Shown here: positions 52,581-63,763 of the stretch, piece after piece | Numbering within the stretch: the stretch's first letter is position 1 | Layout of the letters: every line of letters begins with the position of its first letter | Source: Basidiobolus meristosporus CBS 931.73 | Lineage: Eukaryota > Fungi > Basidiobolomycota | Direction: 5' to 3' | Length of the DNA: 64,000 nt | Assembly: GCA_002104905.1 (NCBI GenBank) | Contig: MCFE01000509.1 | Coordinates: 896 to 64,895 of the forward strand | Notes under the pieces: generated by a model | The model's database searches: none | Told to the model about the DNA's origin: nothing | The model's input: the letters and a program-made list of their open reading frames with translations, nothing else | Program-made: the position numbers and the translations under genes

Positions 52581-52808
52581 TTACAAACTTTTCATGTTCA
52601 CGAAGAGCATGCTTACCCTTGATGTCTTAACGACAGGCAAAACTTGGACGTTCTGGCAGCAATTCTTCGCACGTTGTGTACAAGGTGAGCTACGATGATG
52701 AGCCCTTCTGTACTCGCGAGCGCATGGAGAGGTACAGCTGATTGGAGCAGCAACTGCAACTTGGAGGGTGGCTAGGCCTAGAACCACTGCTACGGTAGTA
52801 AAGCGCAT
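52581..52808 (-). pseudogene. Secreted family B paralogue, 3'-truncated
   Basis: MRFTTVAVVLGLATLQVAVAAPISCTSPCAREY...LPVVKTS, after which homology ends. Confidence 0.7.
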
Positions 52809-53793
52809 GTTGAACAATTGCTGAGTATTCTGGCGATTATCTGTACGTGAAAGTGAATTTGATTAGATTGAGAATGTTTATTGTTTTGTTATGAACTTTA
52901 TTGAGCACACGTGCACCAGAACTTCTATGACTCTATGGACGCTACCTGCGCTTGTCTTTAGTGATAGAATTTACTTTCTGGGCACACGTATCTTGGGATT
53001 GCTCAAGACCGTTGTTACTCGATACATCGCATTTTGTTTTGAGAAATTTACTATTATCAGTTTCCACTAAAATACCTAATTTTGAAGCGGCGACGAGCAA
53101 CTCTCTTATTAGCATCATTCATTGCATGCAAGGATTGTAGTCTTGGCTTTGTAAATAAAATAGATTTGTATTTTCACTCAACTAGGCTTATTTATCATTA
53201 TTATGTGCATTTGATTCAAAAGTCAACCAGGTATTGGGTGTTGGGTATAGTAATGACAAAGCTTTTGAGTATCGGTTTGTGTGGCACGAGCTGCGTACCC
53301 TCCTGAAGCGCAGATACCGAGTACCCCACTTCTCGAGGGGTCAACTTCACCCAAGGTGGTGAGATAAGATACAGGTGTGAGATAGGATACAGGTGTGAGA
53401 TAGGATACGACACTCTTTCACAATTGACATTGTCCAACAAGGCATCGGATGATTGTAGCTTGGAAATATTGAGCCCATGTAGCCCCAAGTAAAACATACG
53501 ATGCAATACAATATAACAACCATAGTAGGAGCCTAATTAGTTATTTGCATCTCCAGTCAACAACAATAGCATTAGTTGATAATCGCAATTTATTTGCCTA
53601 CAAATGAGCTTATGCAAGGCTTCAATCTTTCATCAATCAAACTAGGGGATAAGAGCGTTTATTCAACTGTCAGTGGTATAAGTATAGGCTCCGTCATGAG
53701 CGGCAGAGCAGAGTGCGTCAAGGTAAGTCAGTCTATCCAACATTCAAGTTCATCGGGCTAAATTGGTCTATTTTGTAACACGTAGATCTTACA

Positions 53794-54027
53794 ATGGCAA
53801 ACTACCCTTTCAGCCGAGAATTCACTGATGAGGCCTTGGACAATAATGGACACAAGAGCTACTCCGGAAATGGAATGACCTTCTGTGTTGCAAGAGACAC
53901 AGGGGCAACTCCAGAATACCACTACCCCTGGGGAAAGCTCGAAGAAAAGTTCAGAAATCAGCAGAACTTTAAGGGATACATCATGTCAAGTGGAACCCAG
54001 TGGAGCTTTACTATCTGGAGAGACTAA
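53794..54027 (+). CDS. Small hypothetical protein (77 aa, no signal peptide)
   Basis: Clean ORF with an ACAATGG start context and protein-like composition. Confidence 0.5.
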   Translation: MANYPFSREFTDEALDNNGHKSYSGNGMTFCVARDTGATPEYHYPWGKLEEKFRNQQNFKGYIMSSGTQWSFTIWRD

Positions 54028-55217
54028 GAGACACATTACGCTCAGTTCAGATATGTGAACGTGAATAAACAGTTTCTATATTGAAAGATGTCGGCTGTCC
54101 AAAGTAGGTTTATTGAGTATCTATGGAAGTGACCAGTATACGGTTTGGTGAACACTTGTGTTAAAAAAATAGCGTATTTTTAGCATATTTCAGCATATTA
54201 TGTCTGATTCCTTGCCACTGCAGTTGAAAGGTAAAACATGCATGACCGACAGTGCAGTCACCGTCACTGATTTCAATGGATAAGCAGTGGATCACTCTAC
54301 CGGTTACAACCATTGCTTATTGGTACTACATGCGCACAGACCTAATCAGCACTATCAACGTCATAGTACTCAAGAGCAATGACCAACAACAGGCAAATAT
54401 ATGCGTAGGTACTGTGTTTACTCAACATCTTGGGGTTTGGGCGATAAGCATCATTGATATTCATAGCAGCGCAAAGCCCAAAGAACTCGACGTAACCTTT
54501 CATGAAAAATTTCCATTTGCGGAGGGTGAGTTTCATGGCGATGATGGTTTTCCTTCCATCTCTACATCTACCCTAAGTCCACATAACAGAGACATTTGGT
54601 ACCTTAAGCCTTGCACTTCCACAATTTCCATCGATATATTACTAGCTTCTAAGCTTGCACTTCCACAATTTCCATCGATATATTAATAGTTTCTGATGGA
54701 ATATTCAATCCTCAATGCGTATTTTTTGAATCGTTGCATTATTAAGTCGGTGTGAATCTTCCCGTTAATAACTTATTGCATGGTTAGGCCGTGTACGTGT
54801 AACCATCAGTCCATGGAGATGTTGGGGCTGCGCAGGCTTGGCTGTATAACTTACTGAGTGTCATTGTTGCAAGAGATAACAAGTGTGGATATTAAGATAA
54901 TATATACTGATTGTCGTGGGTGTCTTTGGCTTCACCACAGTTGGCCATCCAGTCTTTGCATCTGGTTCATGCCATGCTTGACCAATCCACTCAATGTAAA
55001 CAACTATTCATCTGGATGGTGCGTGGATGGTGCGTGGATGGTGCGTTACCAGTGTACAGTCAATCTGGATTGCTTTCTATAGATTGTTGCGGGCTGTATG
55101 GAAGAAGTGAGGCGTCAAAATGCCGTAGTATTGAGTCACCGTCTGGGCGGGATAGATTTAAGGCAGCAGTTGTGGACTTGTCGGTCTTAAGACTTATTAC
55201 ACTGCACTTCCTCAACC

Positions 55218-55433
55218 ATGGTATCCAATTAAGAAGCTTGTATGTATTCTGCTGATGTCAGAAGAAATTGCCAGAGCCAAGAGAGCTAACAATGGAAACT
55301 ACGCCTTGGTCACAGTCAAAGGGACTCACTGTACTTGGAAAGGACTCGCAACTGGCGAGCTGTCCTTCAAGCAGCTCCTCGAAGGGATAAAGGGGACCGC
55401 CTACGTGGATAGCCAGACATGGGTAATCTCGTA
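55218..55433 (+). pseudogene. Disrupted copy of the 42369-42587 gene
   Basis: CAA>TAA at codon 5 and a 2-nt deletion shortly after; the remainder aligns at the DNA level. Confidence 0.75.
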
Positions 55434-57691
55434 GAGTCTGGCTGGTGTCTACGTTTCCGGGGGACTCTTGGAGATGTTGCTGTTAAGGATATTTAGCTGA
55501 AGCATTGTGAAGTAATCAAACATTCCTTTGACCCAGCTGTGTTATGCTCATTGCACTGTGAGCATCTAACATATGTGTGAATTGCTACTTTGATTGTCTA
55601 AGTGTAGCGTGAAAGCAGAGTTTTGCCCGGCCATGCTTTTGATCAGATATATGTGTACAACTGCCATGTATAGGCATCCGTTCCAGCAATCAGTATCGTG
55701 TCACAACGCTCCGCACTTCTGAAGACAATCATTTTCTGTTGCGGTCAATATGATATGGCACCCCTGAGGTCTTTCAGGTACCTGGAGAGGTCTTCGCTTT
55801 TGCCTTTGTAGATGATATAGGCCGTATAAGCATTGGTTTCCGGTAACCTTGATTCCTTGGCTTTAGAAAAGGCATTGTTTAACTTCTGTTACTAAACAAT
55901 TTGGATCTCAGCATATATCCCAAATAACCTTGAGACCGTTATGCACCTATCAGCGGAACACCACTTTGAGTCTGTAGCATATATGTAAGTGTTAAAGAAA
56001 TCAACGTGTCTCCGCTGGTCTAAGGAGAAAAAATAGAGTATCTTGAACTCTTATTTCGAGTACTCCTAGAAAATAAAGTATTTTGCTAGATGCTGAGCTC
56101 CGCAACCTTAGTTATTGTACCTAGAAAGAGCATGGCAAATTCGGTGAGTTGCCTACTGGTCCACACTTCAGGTGCAATATAGAGTGAAGCTTACAATATG
56201 TTTACCCACATTGACTTAAGCTAGAAATACAAAGTGCCAGCAATTGACTATATAGATAAAGTTGGAAATAATAAGCATTTGCTTTGCTCTTATATCACTC
56301 AAATACCTTTTTACTCAACTTGGCTAAGTGTCTATTAGCAGTTTATGTATTTGGGAGTTTGCCTGCAGGTTAAGTGGCCTTAAAAAAAGGTCAAAAAATG
56401 GATTTTCTCCAACACAATGGGTGAGACACAGAGATGTAGAGCTATGTTACACATTCTGTGGCCAAGTAAAGGTCTGCTGTGCCCCTCTGGCACATGATGG
56501 CACTATTCGGCACTCATGGCTCAATGTGGCACTATCCAACGGAACAGGTCTATGATATGGATCTTTTGGTTTGGCTAAACTTACAATTTTCAATATCTCA
56601 GGTTCTATTGTTTTTACAGACAAGGATAAATTCTTTCTCGGGGGTGAATAGGCTGAATAACCTTTCCACAAGATTTGGTAAAATGCTATCGTGAAATTCA
56701 CACTTACTAGGTGTGGGACAAGTATTACTGTTGTCCAAGGTTGATGATTCTGTAAACAGAATAGGAGATTTTAAAGCGCCTCAGTTAAACCTTTTTCGAA
56801 TAACTGTCACACAGATACAACACGCTTTACGATACAGTTGAAAGAAAAAGATGCGATATCGAAGAGAGTGTTATTGTAGAGTCAATGGCAACTACTTCAA
56901 CGAGTATTCTGGGTGTAATTTCCCGCTTAAAAGCTTGCCCAAGGTGTTTTTAGTCGCTGTACTTCTTGATAGACGTGCGGTGCTTGTGTGCAGAACGTGA
57001 TTTTCTCTTGGACAGTTGTTCTTCAGATACCGGGAACGAAAACAGATATGTTTAATAAACGATATCCGGAACAATTGGAATGTTTGTACTTCACAACGCC
57101 TACACTGGATAATGAGCCTGCTACACGGGATAATCTACTATTTTGGGTTTATTTCCCAATTTGTCCAAGTTGCGAACACGATTGAAAATCCAGTTTATAC
57201 TCCGAATACGTGGTAAATGACGATCAGCAACTCAACCGCAGATTTTGATAAACTATTAAAATTCCAGATAGTCGGCCAATCAATAACAGGCAGCAAAATG
57301 TCAATGGACCCTACCATACAAACTCCATCACAATCAAATAAACATACATTTACCTTGATTCCTTGATAAATCTGGCGAAGTCTTGCACATCAGGGTCACC
57401 AAGGATCAATCTCTAAGTGAGTGTTGTGAAGTGTCAGGAGTAACCTTGTTCTGAGGTGAAGAACTCTGATGGAATAAGGTAAGAGCCCAAATGCTTGAAG
57501 GGCAGCATATCTGTATGGTGAGGCAGGCAGATCGGGAGCCATAGAGTAGAGGCAATACACTGCGAACTTGGCCAACCTGGTATAGTCACTTTTAGACTGA
57601 GGGTCAAGTTTGTAGTATCCGTATTAAGCCAACTTTTGTATTTAAAGAAATAAGGAAAGTATCAAGTAAGTTATGAGTTATTGGCAAATCA

Positions 57692-57770
57692 TTAGTGATT
57701 GATTTACAATGCACCGAGATCATTTTTGGTTAGTGATTGATTTACAATACACTGAGATCATTTTTGGTTA
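57692..57770 (+). repeat. 38-bp direct tandem duplication
   Basis: TTAGTGATTGATTTACAAT(G/A)CAC(C/T)GAGATCATTTTTGG twice. Confidence 0.95.
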
Positions 57771-58038
57771 CCTAAGAGAAATCCAAGACGTAGAGAAACC
57801 AAAAGTGGATGCTTACCTAAATGGGGTCAGACACCTGAATAGGGAGCTGCTGTTGATATAATGCCTATCTGGAGATGACCACCCTGGAGGACACCCTAAC
57901 ATTGCGACGATAATACATTCTAAAAAGCAACGGTAATACGTTCTAGATATACCAAATTGCCTCAGATTATTAAGCGGTCCTTCATATAAATTGTCCCTGC
58001 CAACATCATATACATCAGGACGATTGAAAGAAGCAGAT

Positions 58039-59998
58039 ATGAGATACGTAATTATTGGAGGTGTAGCCGGTGGAGCCACAGCAGCCGCCCGGTTGAGAAG
58101 AGCAGATGAGTTGGCCGAGATCATTCTATTGGAGAAGGGGCCCCATATCTCTTACGCCAACTGTGGTTTGCCGTATTATATAGGCGGTGTCATTGTCGAT
58201 CGTGCTAAGCTGCTGTTGCAGACCCCGGAATCGTTCGGCAAGCGTTTCCGTATTGACGTGCGGATACAGAGTGAGGTAACCGGCATTCATCCAGCGAATA
58301 AAACCCTGACAATCCGTAAGGCAAGCGGGGAAGAATACACAGAGAGCTATGACAAGCTTTTGTTGTCTCCCGGTGCCAATCCCGTCAAACCACCTTTAGG
58401 ATGGTATCAACTCGGAAGGTATCTTTACATTACGCAATGTGCAAGATACGGACCATATCAAGGCCTATATCGCTGAGAAGCAGGTGAAGCGCGCCGTCGT
58501 TGTAGGAGCAGGATTTATCGGACTCGAGATGGCAGAGAGCTTACATCGTGCCGGTGTGGCCATTTCCGTAGTAGAGATGGGCAATCAAGTTATGGCACCT
58601 ATTGACTTTTCTATGGCTGCGTATATTCATCAACACTTGACACAAAAAGGGGTATCTCTCTACCTTGAAGAAAGTGTGACGCACTTTCATCGCACAGAGA
58701 GCGGCCTGATCGTTTTCCTAAAGAGCGGGAATGCTATTCCGGCCGATATGGTGTTATTATCTATCGGCGTGCGTCCATCAACAGAATTGGCGCAGCAAGC
58801 AGGCTTGAGGTTAGGAGAGACGGGTGGCATCTGGGTGGATGAGCACTTGGAAACATCCCAAAAGGATATCTACGCAGTGGGTGATGCCATTGAATATCCC
58901 CATCCGTTGACCAAGAAGCCGTGGCTCAATTACCTTGCCAATCCTGCCAATCGCCAAGGTCGAATTGTGGCTGATAACATGGTATTTGGTAATACTGTCT
59001 CTTATGAGGGAGCAATCGGCACTTCAATTGCCAAGGTATTCGACATGACCGTGGCATCTACGGGACTTGCAGCCAAGCGTCTGAAGCAACTGGGTATGGA
59101 ATACCAGAGCTCAGTAACTCACTCCTCCTCCCATGCTGGGTACTATCCGGGTGCTTTGCCCCTGACGTTAAAGTTGATTTACCACCCAACTACCGGTAAG
59201 CTTTATGGTGCACAATGTGTGGGTTACGAAGGTGTGGATAAGCGTATTGATCAGATAGCCGGACTCATTAAGCATGGCGGGACTGTATACAACCTGAAAG
59301 AAACAGAGCACTCCTATGCCCCTCCGTACTCATCTGCTAAAGATCCTATAGCCATCGGCGGTTATGTCGCTTGCAATATCATTGGTGGAGCCATGCCAGC
59401 TATTTCCTGGCGCGAACTTGTTGAAGAACAAGAGAAAGTGATGATAATTGATGTCCGCACTGTGGAGGAATATTCTTTCAGTTCCATTCCAGGTGCGATT
59501 AATATTCCCTTGGACGATTTACGAGAACATCTTGCCGAAATCCCGACGAATAGGCCGGTTGTCCTATACTGTATCATAGGACTGCGCGGATATCTTGCTC
59601 AGCGCATATTGATGGGGCGCGGATATCGGAATGTACGTAATTTGATCGGGGGTTATAAGACTTATTCCGCCAGCATTGCTCCGGTTCCCAAGCCATTCCC
59701 TGTGCCTTCTTCCCAGTCAGCTGCTGCTTCAACAGAAACTCCTTCAATTGCCTTGAAGGTAAATGTTTGTGCTTTACAATGCCCCGGGCCTATCTTGCAG
59801 GTGAAGCAAGCGATGGATAAGATTGCTGTTGGTGAACGTGTGGAAATCATTGCTACTGACGCAGTTTTAGCTCGTGACGCTGCTGCATGGTGCGATGCTA
59901 CAGGAAACCAACTGATTGAGAAGCATGAAGAAAAAGGACGCTACACAATTATTCTTGAAAAGGTCGCACCTACTGTTATATCCAATTCAACGCTGTAA
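58039..59998 (+). pseudogene. cdr: Bacteroidetes-type CoA-disulfide reductase with rhodanese and TusA/SirA domains; +1 frameshift at 58399-58400
   Basis: MRYVIIGGVAGGATAAARLRR (FAD site), SYANCGLPY (redox Cys), VVVGAGFIGLEMAE, DIYAVGDA, YAPPYSSAKDP, rhodanese YCIIGLRGY and TusA-like LQCPGP. Removing one G joins the two frames into 652 aa (KPPLDGINSEGIFTLRNVQD). No introns. Confidence 0.9.
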
Positions 59999-60202
59999 AT
60001 AAACCATTCACTAGAACCTTATTTTTGCTCCCGCTTGCAACATGGAGCTATTTATTACGTGAAAAACCTTGTAAATCTAAGGATATATGCTAGTTCAATC
60101 GAACTGTTTACAACGTGAGTAATTTTGTAAATCTAGTTCAATCAAAAACTTCCTTTCCCACTATTTCTAAAATCAGAAGATAGCTTTACATATTTATTGC
60201 TA

Positions 60203-61014
60203 TTATGCATCATACACCAACTTGAAACTTTCTCTTGATGATACCTTTGTTAGATACTGTTGTAGGTTAGGTCTTCCTGAGAACACTACATCGCTCTTGA
60301 TTGACTTTAGATGGACCAGTAATGGGATGACGTGGACGTCAGCAGCTGTATACTTCACCCCCACAATATAAGGCCCACTTTCTAACTGGTCCTCTAGCTG
60401 ATCCAGGAGCAATTCTGCCTTTCGCCATTCAGCTCTGTGGAGATCATATAGAGGTTGTGCTTGTTCAGGATACTTGTAGGCAACTAGGAAAGAATTCGTC
60501 TGCTGTAGCTTCTCACGATAAAATGGTGTATTTTGTCGCTGAATGAACTTGGTCAAGGCTTTTACACGACCCTCAAAAAATCCTTCTACAAAGGCCCTCT
60601 TACGCTCCAGTTCAACAAAATCGGATGGAGAAAACACCAAGAGAAACCCATCAATATTGTGTCAATCCAGTGAGTAATAGTTACCATATCACTGGTGGAG
60701 TATAACTCAGTTCCAGGATAGTTGGAGTCAAGATACTCGGTAATGGTAGTGGAATCATCCAAAATCTGATTAGTATCTGTATTTACTAAGGTAGGGACAG
60801 TGGCATATTTGTTGATCCTAGCATAAATGGTTACATATGTGCAGCAGGCGGCAGCTACATTACTATCTTACCGAAGTTATGAAGGGGAAAAGTTTTCTCC
60901 AGCTGCCAGATTGATCTCAATTACCTCAATGTCCGTAATATTCTTTTCAGCCAAAGTAAGACGAACTGATCTTGGCCACAGCGCTTGCTTGAAGGAGTAG
61001 AACTTGACTGGCAT
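60203..61014 (-). pseudogene. Glutathione S-transferase (fungal type) with one intron, a premature stop and a frameshift
   Basis: Exon 1 MPVKFYSFKQALWPRSVRLTLAEKN..GENFSPS*LR; intron 60818-60871 (GTAAG..CTAG); exon 2 INKYATVPTL..DDSTTITEYLD; a frameshift near 60655; C-domain GPYIVGVKYTAADV..RPNLQQYLTKVSSRESF. TAA at 60877-60879. Confidence 0.85.
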
Positions 61015-61399
61015 ATTTTGAATATCGAGTTTTGCTGAGCGTTGATCTTATATAGAAGAGTAGGTGATATTACTGTTAGATGGATGCCAATAACTATTGA
61101 TTGGTGTACAACGTTTGGCTTACGGATCTCAACGATCGGAATATTCATTGGACCGGAAACTGTTTACCACTTTGGGATTATCTTTGGTCCGTGCTCAGCT
61201 TTGCCGCTTTTCCTGTTTTTTAAACTCTATGACTAGTATCACCCTGCTAATTCAGTCTTATTGCCAAATTAGATTCTGCAGGTATCGTGCCTAATAAAGT
61301 AATTCTCACAGTGATTGGTAAGCAATTAAATGTAATCAGTGGCATTTAAGCCTGTTACTGGCTCTTAATAGCTGCCTCATCAATATCAATATCTATACC

Positions 61400-62045
61400 A
61401 ACTCCCATCTGCGAGATTGCTCAGGATATCTAATGTTGCTGGATATGGTGACATTTGACACTTTTGAAATCCAAAACTTGCGCAAGGTCTGTGCCAATAG
61501 TACTGCCAATTGCAGATCAGTGACATCAATTGCATTCCATATCACAAGTCAACAGCAACTTCATAATAGCCCACAGTGTATGGGTTGATGTTATGACTGC
61601 ATTATCATGTGTTTTCTGCCCAGCTATTGTTATTATAATTTGGTAACAACATGAATATATCCAATAAATTGTGCTGAAGACCAAACATATGTAGTTGGTC
61701 ATTTATATGGTCACCCTTTGATCCAAGCTCTCCAGGTAGACATTCATCAAACAATAGAAAATCTTGACTTCCCTGTACACATTTAGGTAGAGCTAAGCGC
61801 AAGTGTTGCAAAAGTAGAGTAGTTTACCTGCCCCTAAACATCCCATTAGCTCAAGCAGTAATCTATGAGTTTTTCATCTCCTGAACAGTGCCTGCTATCA
61901 ATGAATAATCTTATGAAAGCCACATAATCCATGCATGGAACAAATCAATCTCACTATCACCAAAAACTCAACATCACAAAAATGCCATCAACTGCTGCTA
62001 CACCTTGTGAGCACACATATGAAGCAGGGGTCCACTCTGAGCTGA
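61400..62045 (-). mobile_element. Possible decayed LINE RT fragment
   Basis: CVQGSQDFLLFDE weakly resembles GVPQGSxLSPLLF; the region is CpG-poor. Confidence 0.3.
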
Positions 62046-62049
62046 TTTG

Positions 62050-62310
62050 TGTTGTATCCAAGAGAAATGTGTAATAAAATTCTTAAATGGCTTAACTAAA
62101 TCATAGGGACAACTAAGTGCAGAATCTTAGAATTGTCAGAGTGGTGGAATTATTAGCAGTGAGATTCTGATCTAATATTGGTCTTCTATATAGCTGGGTT
62201 TGGCTATGAAGGCCACAGAATTGGTTTGTTATGCAGCCTAGGCATGGTGTTCCTAGCAGTGTTTAGATATGCTAGGCTTAGGTAGAAACTTAGAGTTAGG
62301 GGGGGGGACA
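62050..62310. repeat. Subtelomeric ~250-bp repeat, copy a
   Basis: Starts TGTTGTATCCAAGAGA and ends TTAGAGTTAGGGGGGGGG. Confidence 0.85.
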
Positions 62311-63219
62311 GTCACCAACAGGTGAAATCTTTATTTCAGTTGAAACAAAGAAGACAGCACTACTGTTATGGCTTTGATACAAGAGTGCATAGCTAAGGGG
62401 AATTTATAGGTAAATAAATAAGGAGAGAGGATAATTCTTCTGTACTCTAGACACTATTTTGTGAGAAGGACTGTAGCAAGATAGGTAAGAATGATTTGTA
62501 AACAACATTGACAAGTGGAATGTGATAATGATTGATACTCATCATAAAGGGAGTGTGCTGCATCAGATATTGCTGTCAAAGGTCTGTCAAGTACTTCAGG
62601 TAGGCCGGCTTGGGTTTTTCTTACTACACAATATAATGAGCAAACTTATTGACTTCAGGATCACCAAGTATTGTTCTCCAGCAGGAGCCGGGTGTAGTGT
62701 GGTGTGTTCTCTTCCATGCCTTAATCAGTGGGTTGTTGCAGTGGTGAAGTCTGAGATATAATCTGGTTCTAAGGTAGAGAAGTCTGATCTTATAGGGCAT
62801 AAACCCTAAAGCACTAAGAATAGCATGTCTGCCGGAGCATTCAGGCAGATGAGGCACCAGGGAGGTAATGCACCAGACTGCAAACTTGTCAAGCTTAGTG
62901 AAGTCTCAAGAAGTAAGAGAGAGAATTGGCAAGCCAAATTCCAGGACAGGGAAGACAAACTGCTTGAGTAGAAGGAGGCAGCTGGGAGCTGAAGTAGTAG
63001 GAGGAGTAACAGCCAGTAGCTTGTTGGTTGCCTGTTTTGCCAGGATAATTCTCTTCTTCAGGTGTGCTCCAGAGTCTAGTCCAGTAGAAAGCAAAGGAAA
63101 GCCAAGATATATAGCAGAAACCTGAGCAGGTAGAATACAGTTCTCCAGGTTGATATAACAACCCAAGGGTACTGTCTTTGCAATGGAATGCTGGAGATTA
63201 TTCTTCTGCAGACACTGGT
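62311..63219 (-). mobile_element. Non-LTR retrotransposon (LINE) RT C-terminal fragment
   Basis: CLQKNNLQHSIAKT..YLGFPL..HLKKRIILAKQATNKL..LLLKQFVFPVLEFGL fits the LINE RT pattern (N..KT, YLG, P.L.YG). Confidence 0.7.
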
Positions 63220-63760
63220 TGTTGTATCCAAGAGAATAGTGTAATAAAATTATTGAATGAGTTAACTGAACCTAAGTGACAACTAAGTGCAGAATCTTAA
63301 AATTGTTGAGCATGACAGAAATATTAACAGAGAGGTTCTGGTCTAATATTGGTCTTGTATATAGCTGAGTTGGGCTATAAAGGCAACAGAGTTGGTTTGT
63401 TATGCAAGCTAGGCTTGGTGCTCTTGGGAGTGCTAGATATACTAGGCTTGGGTAGAAAATAGGGTTAGTGTTGTATCCAAGAGAAAGTGTAATAAAAACT
63501 CTTGAATGGTCTAACTGAACCAAAGGGACAATTAAGTGCAGAATCTTAGAATTGTCAGAGAGTGGCGGAAATATTAGCAGAAAGATTCTGATCTAATATT
63601 GGTCTTGGATATAGCTGGGTTGGCTATAAAGACAATGATATTTGTTTGCTAGGCAGGCTAGGCTTGGTGTTCTTTGGAGTGCTAGATATACTAGGCTTGG
63701 ATAGAGACTAGAACGGAATTGTTGGATTCTTTATTTTTCCTGAGACAGAATCTTAATTTT
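63220..63760. repeat. Subtelomeric ~250-bp repeat, tandem copies b (63220-63468) and c (63469-~63710)
   Basis: Both start TGTTGTATCCAAGAGA; copy b ends in TAGGGTTAG. Confidence 0.9.
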
Positions 63761-63763
63761 GTT

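Noticed and set aside
54610-54685. ~32-bp direct repeat with a 44-bp period
   Set aside because: A real but isolated small duplication with no functional context.
58039-59998. Interpreting the whole window as bacterial, or cdr as a simple contaminant
   Set aside because: The telomere, introns, copia elements and a eukaryote-style tRNA surround it, and no operon neighbours came with the gene. A chimera is not excluded without reads.
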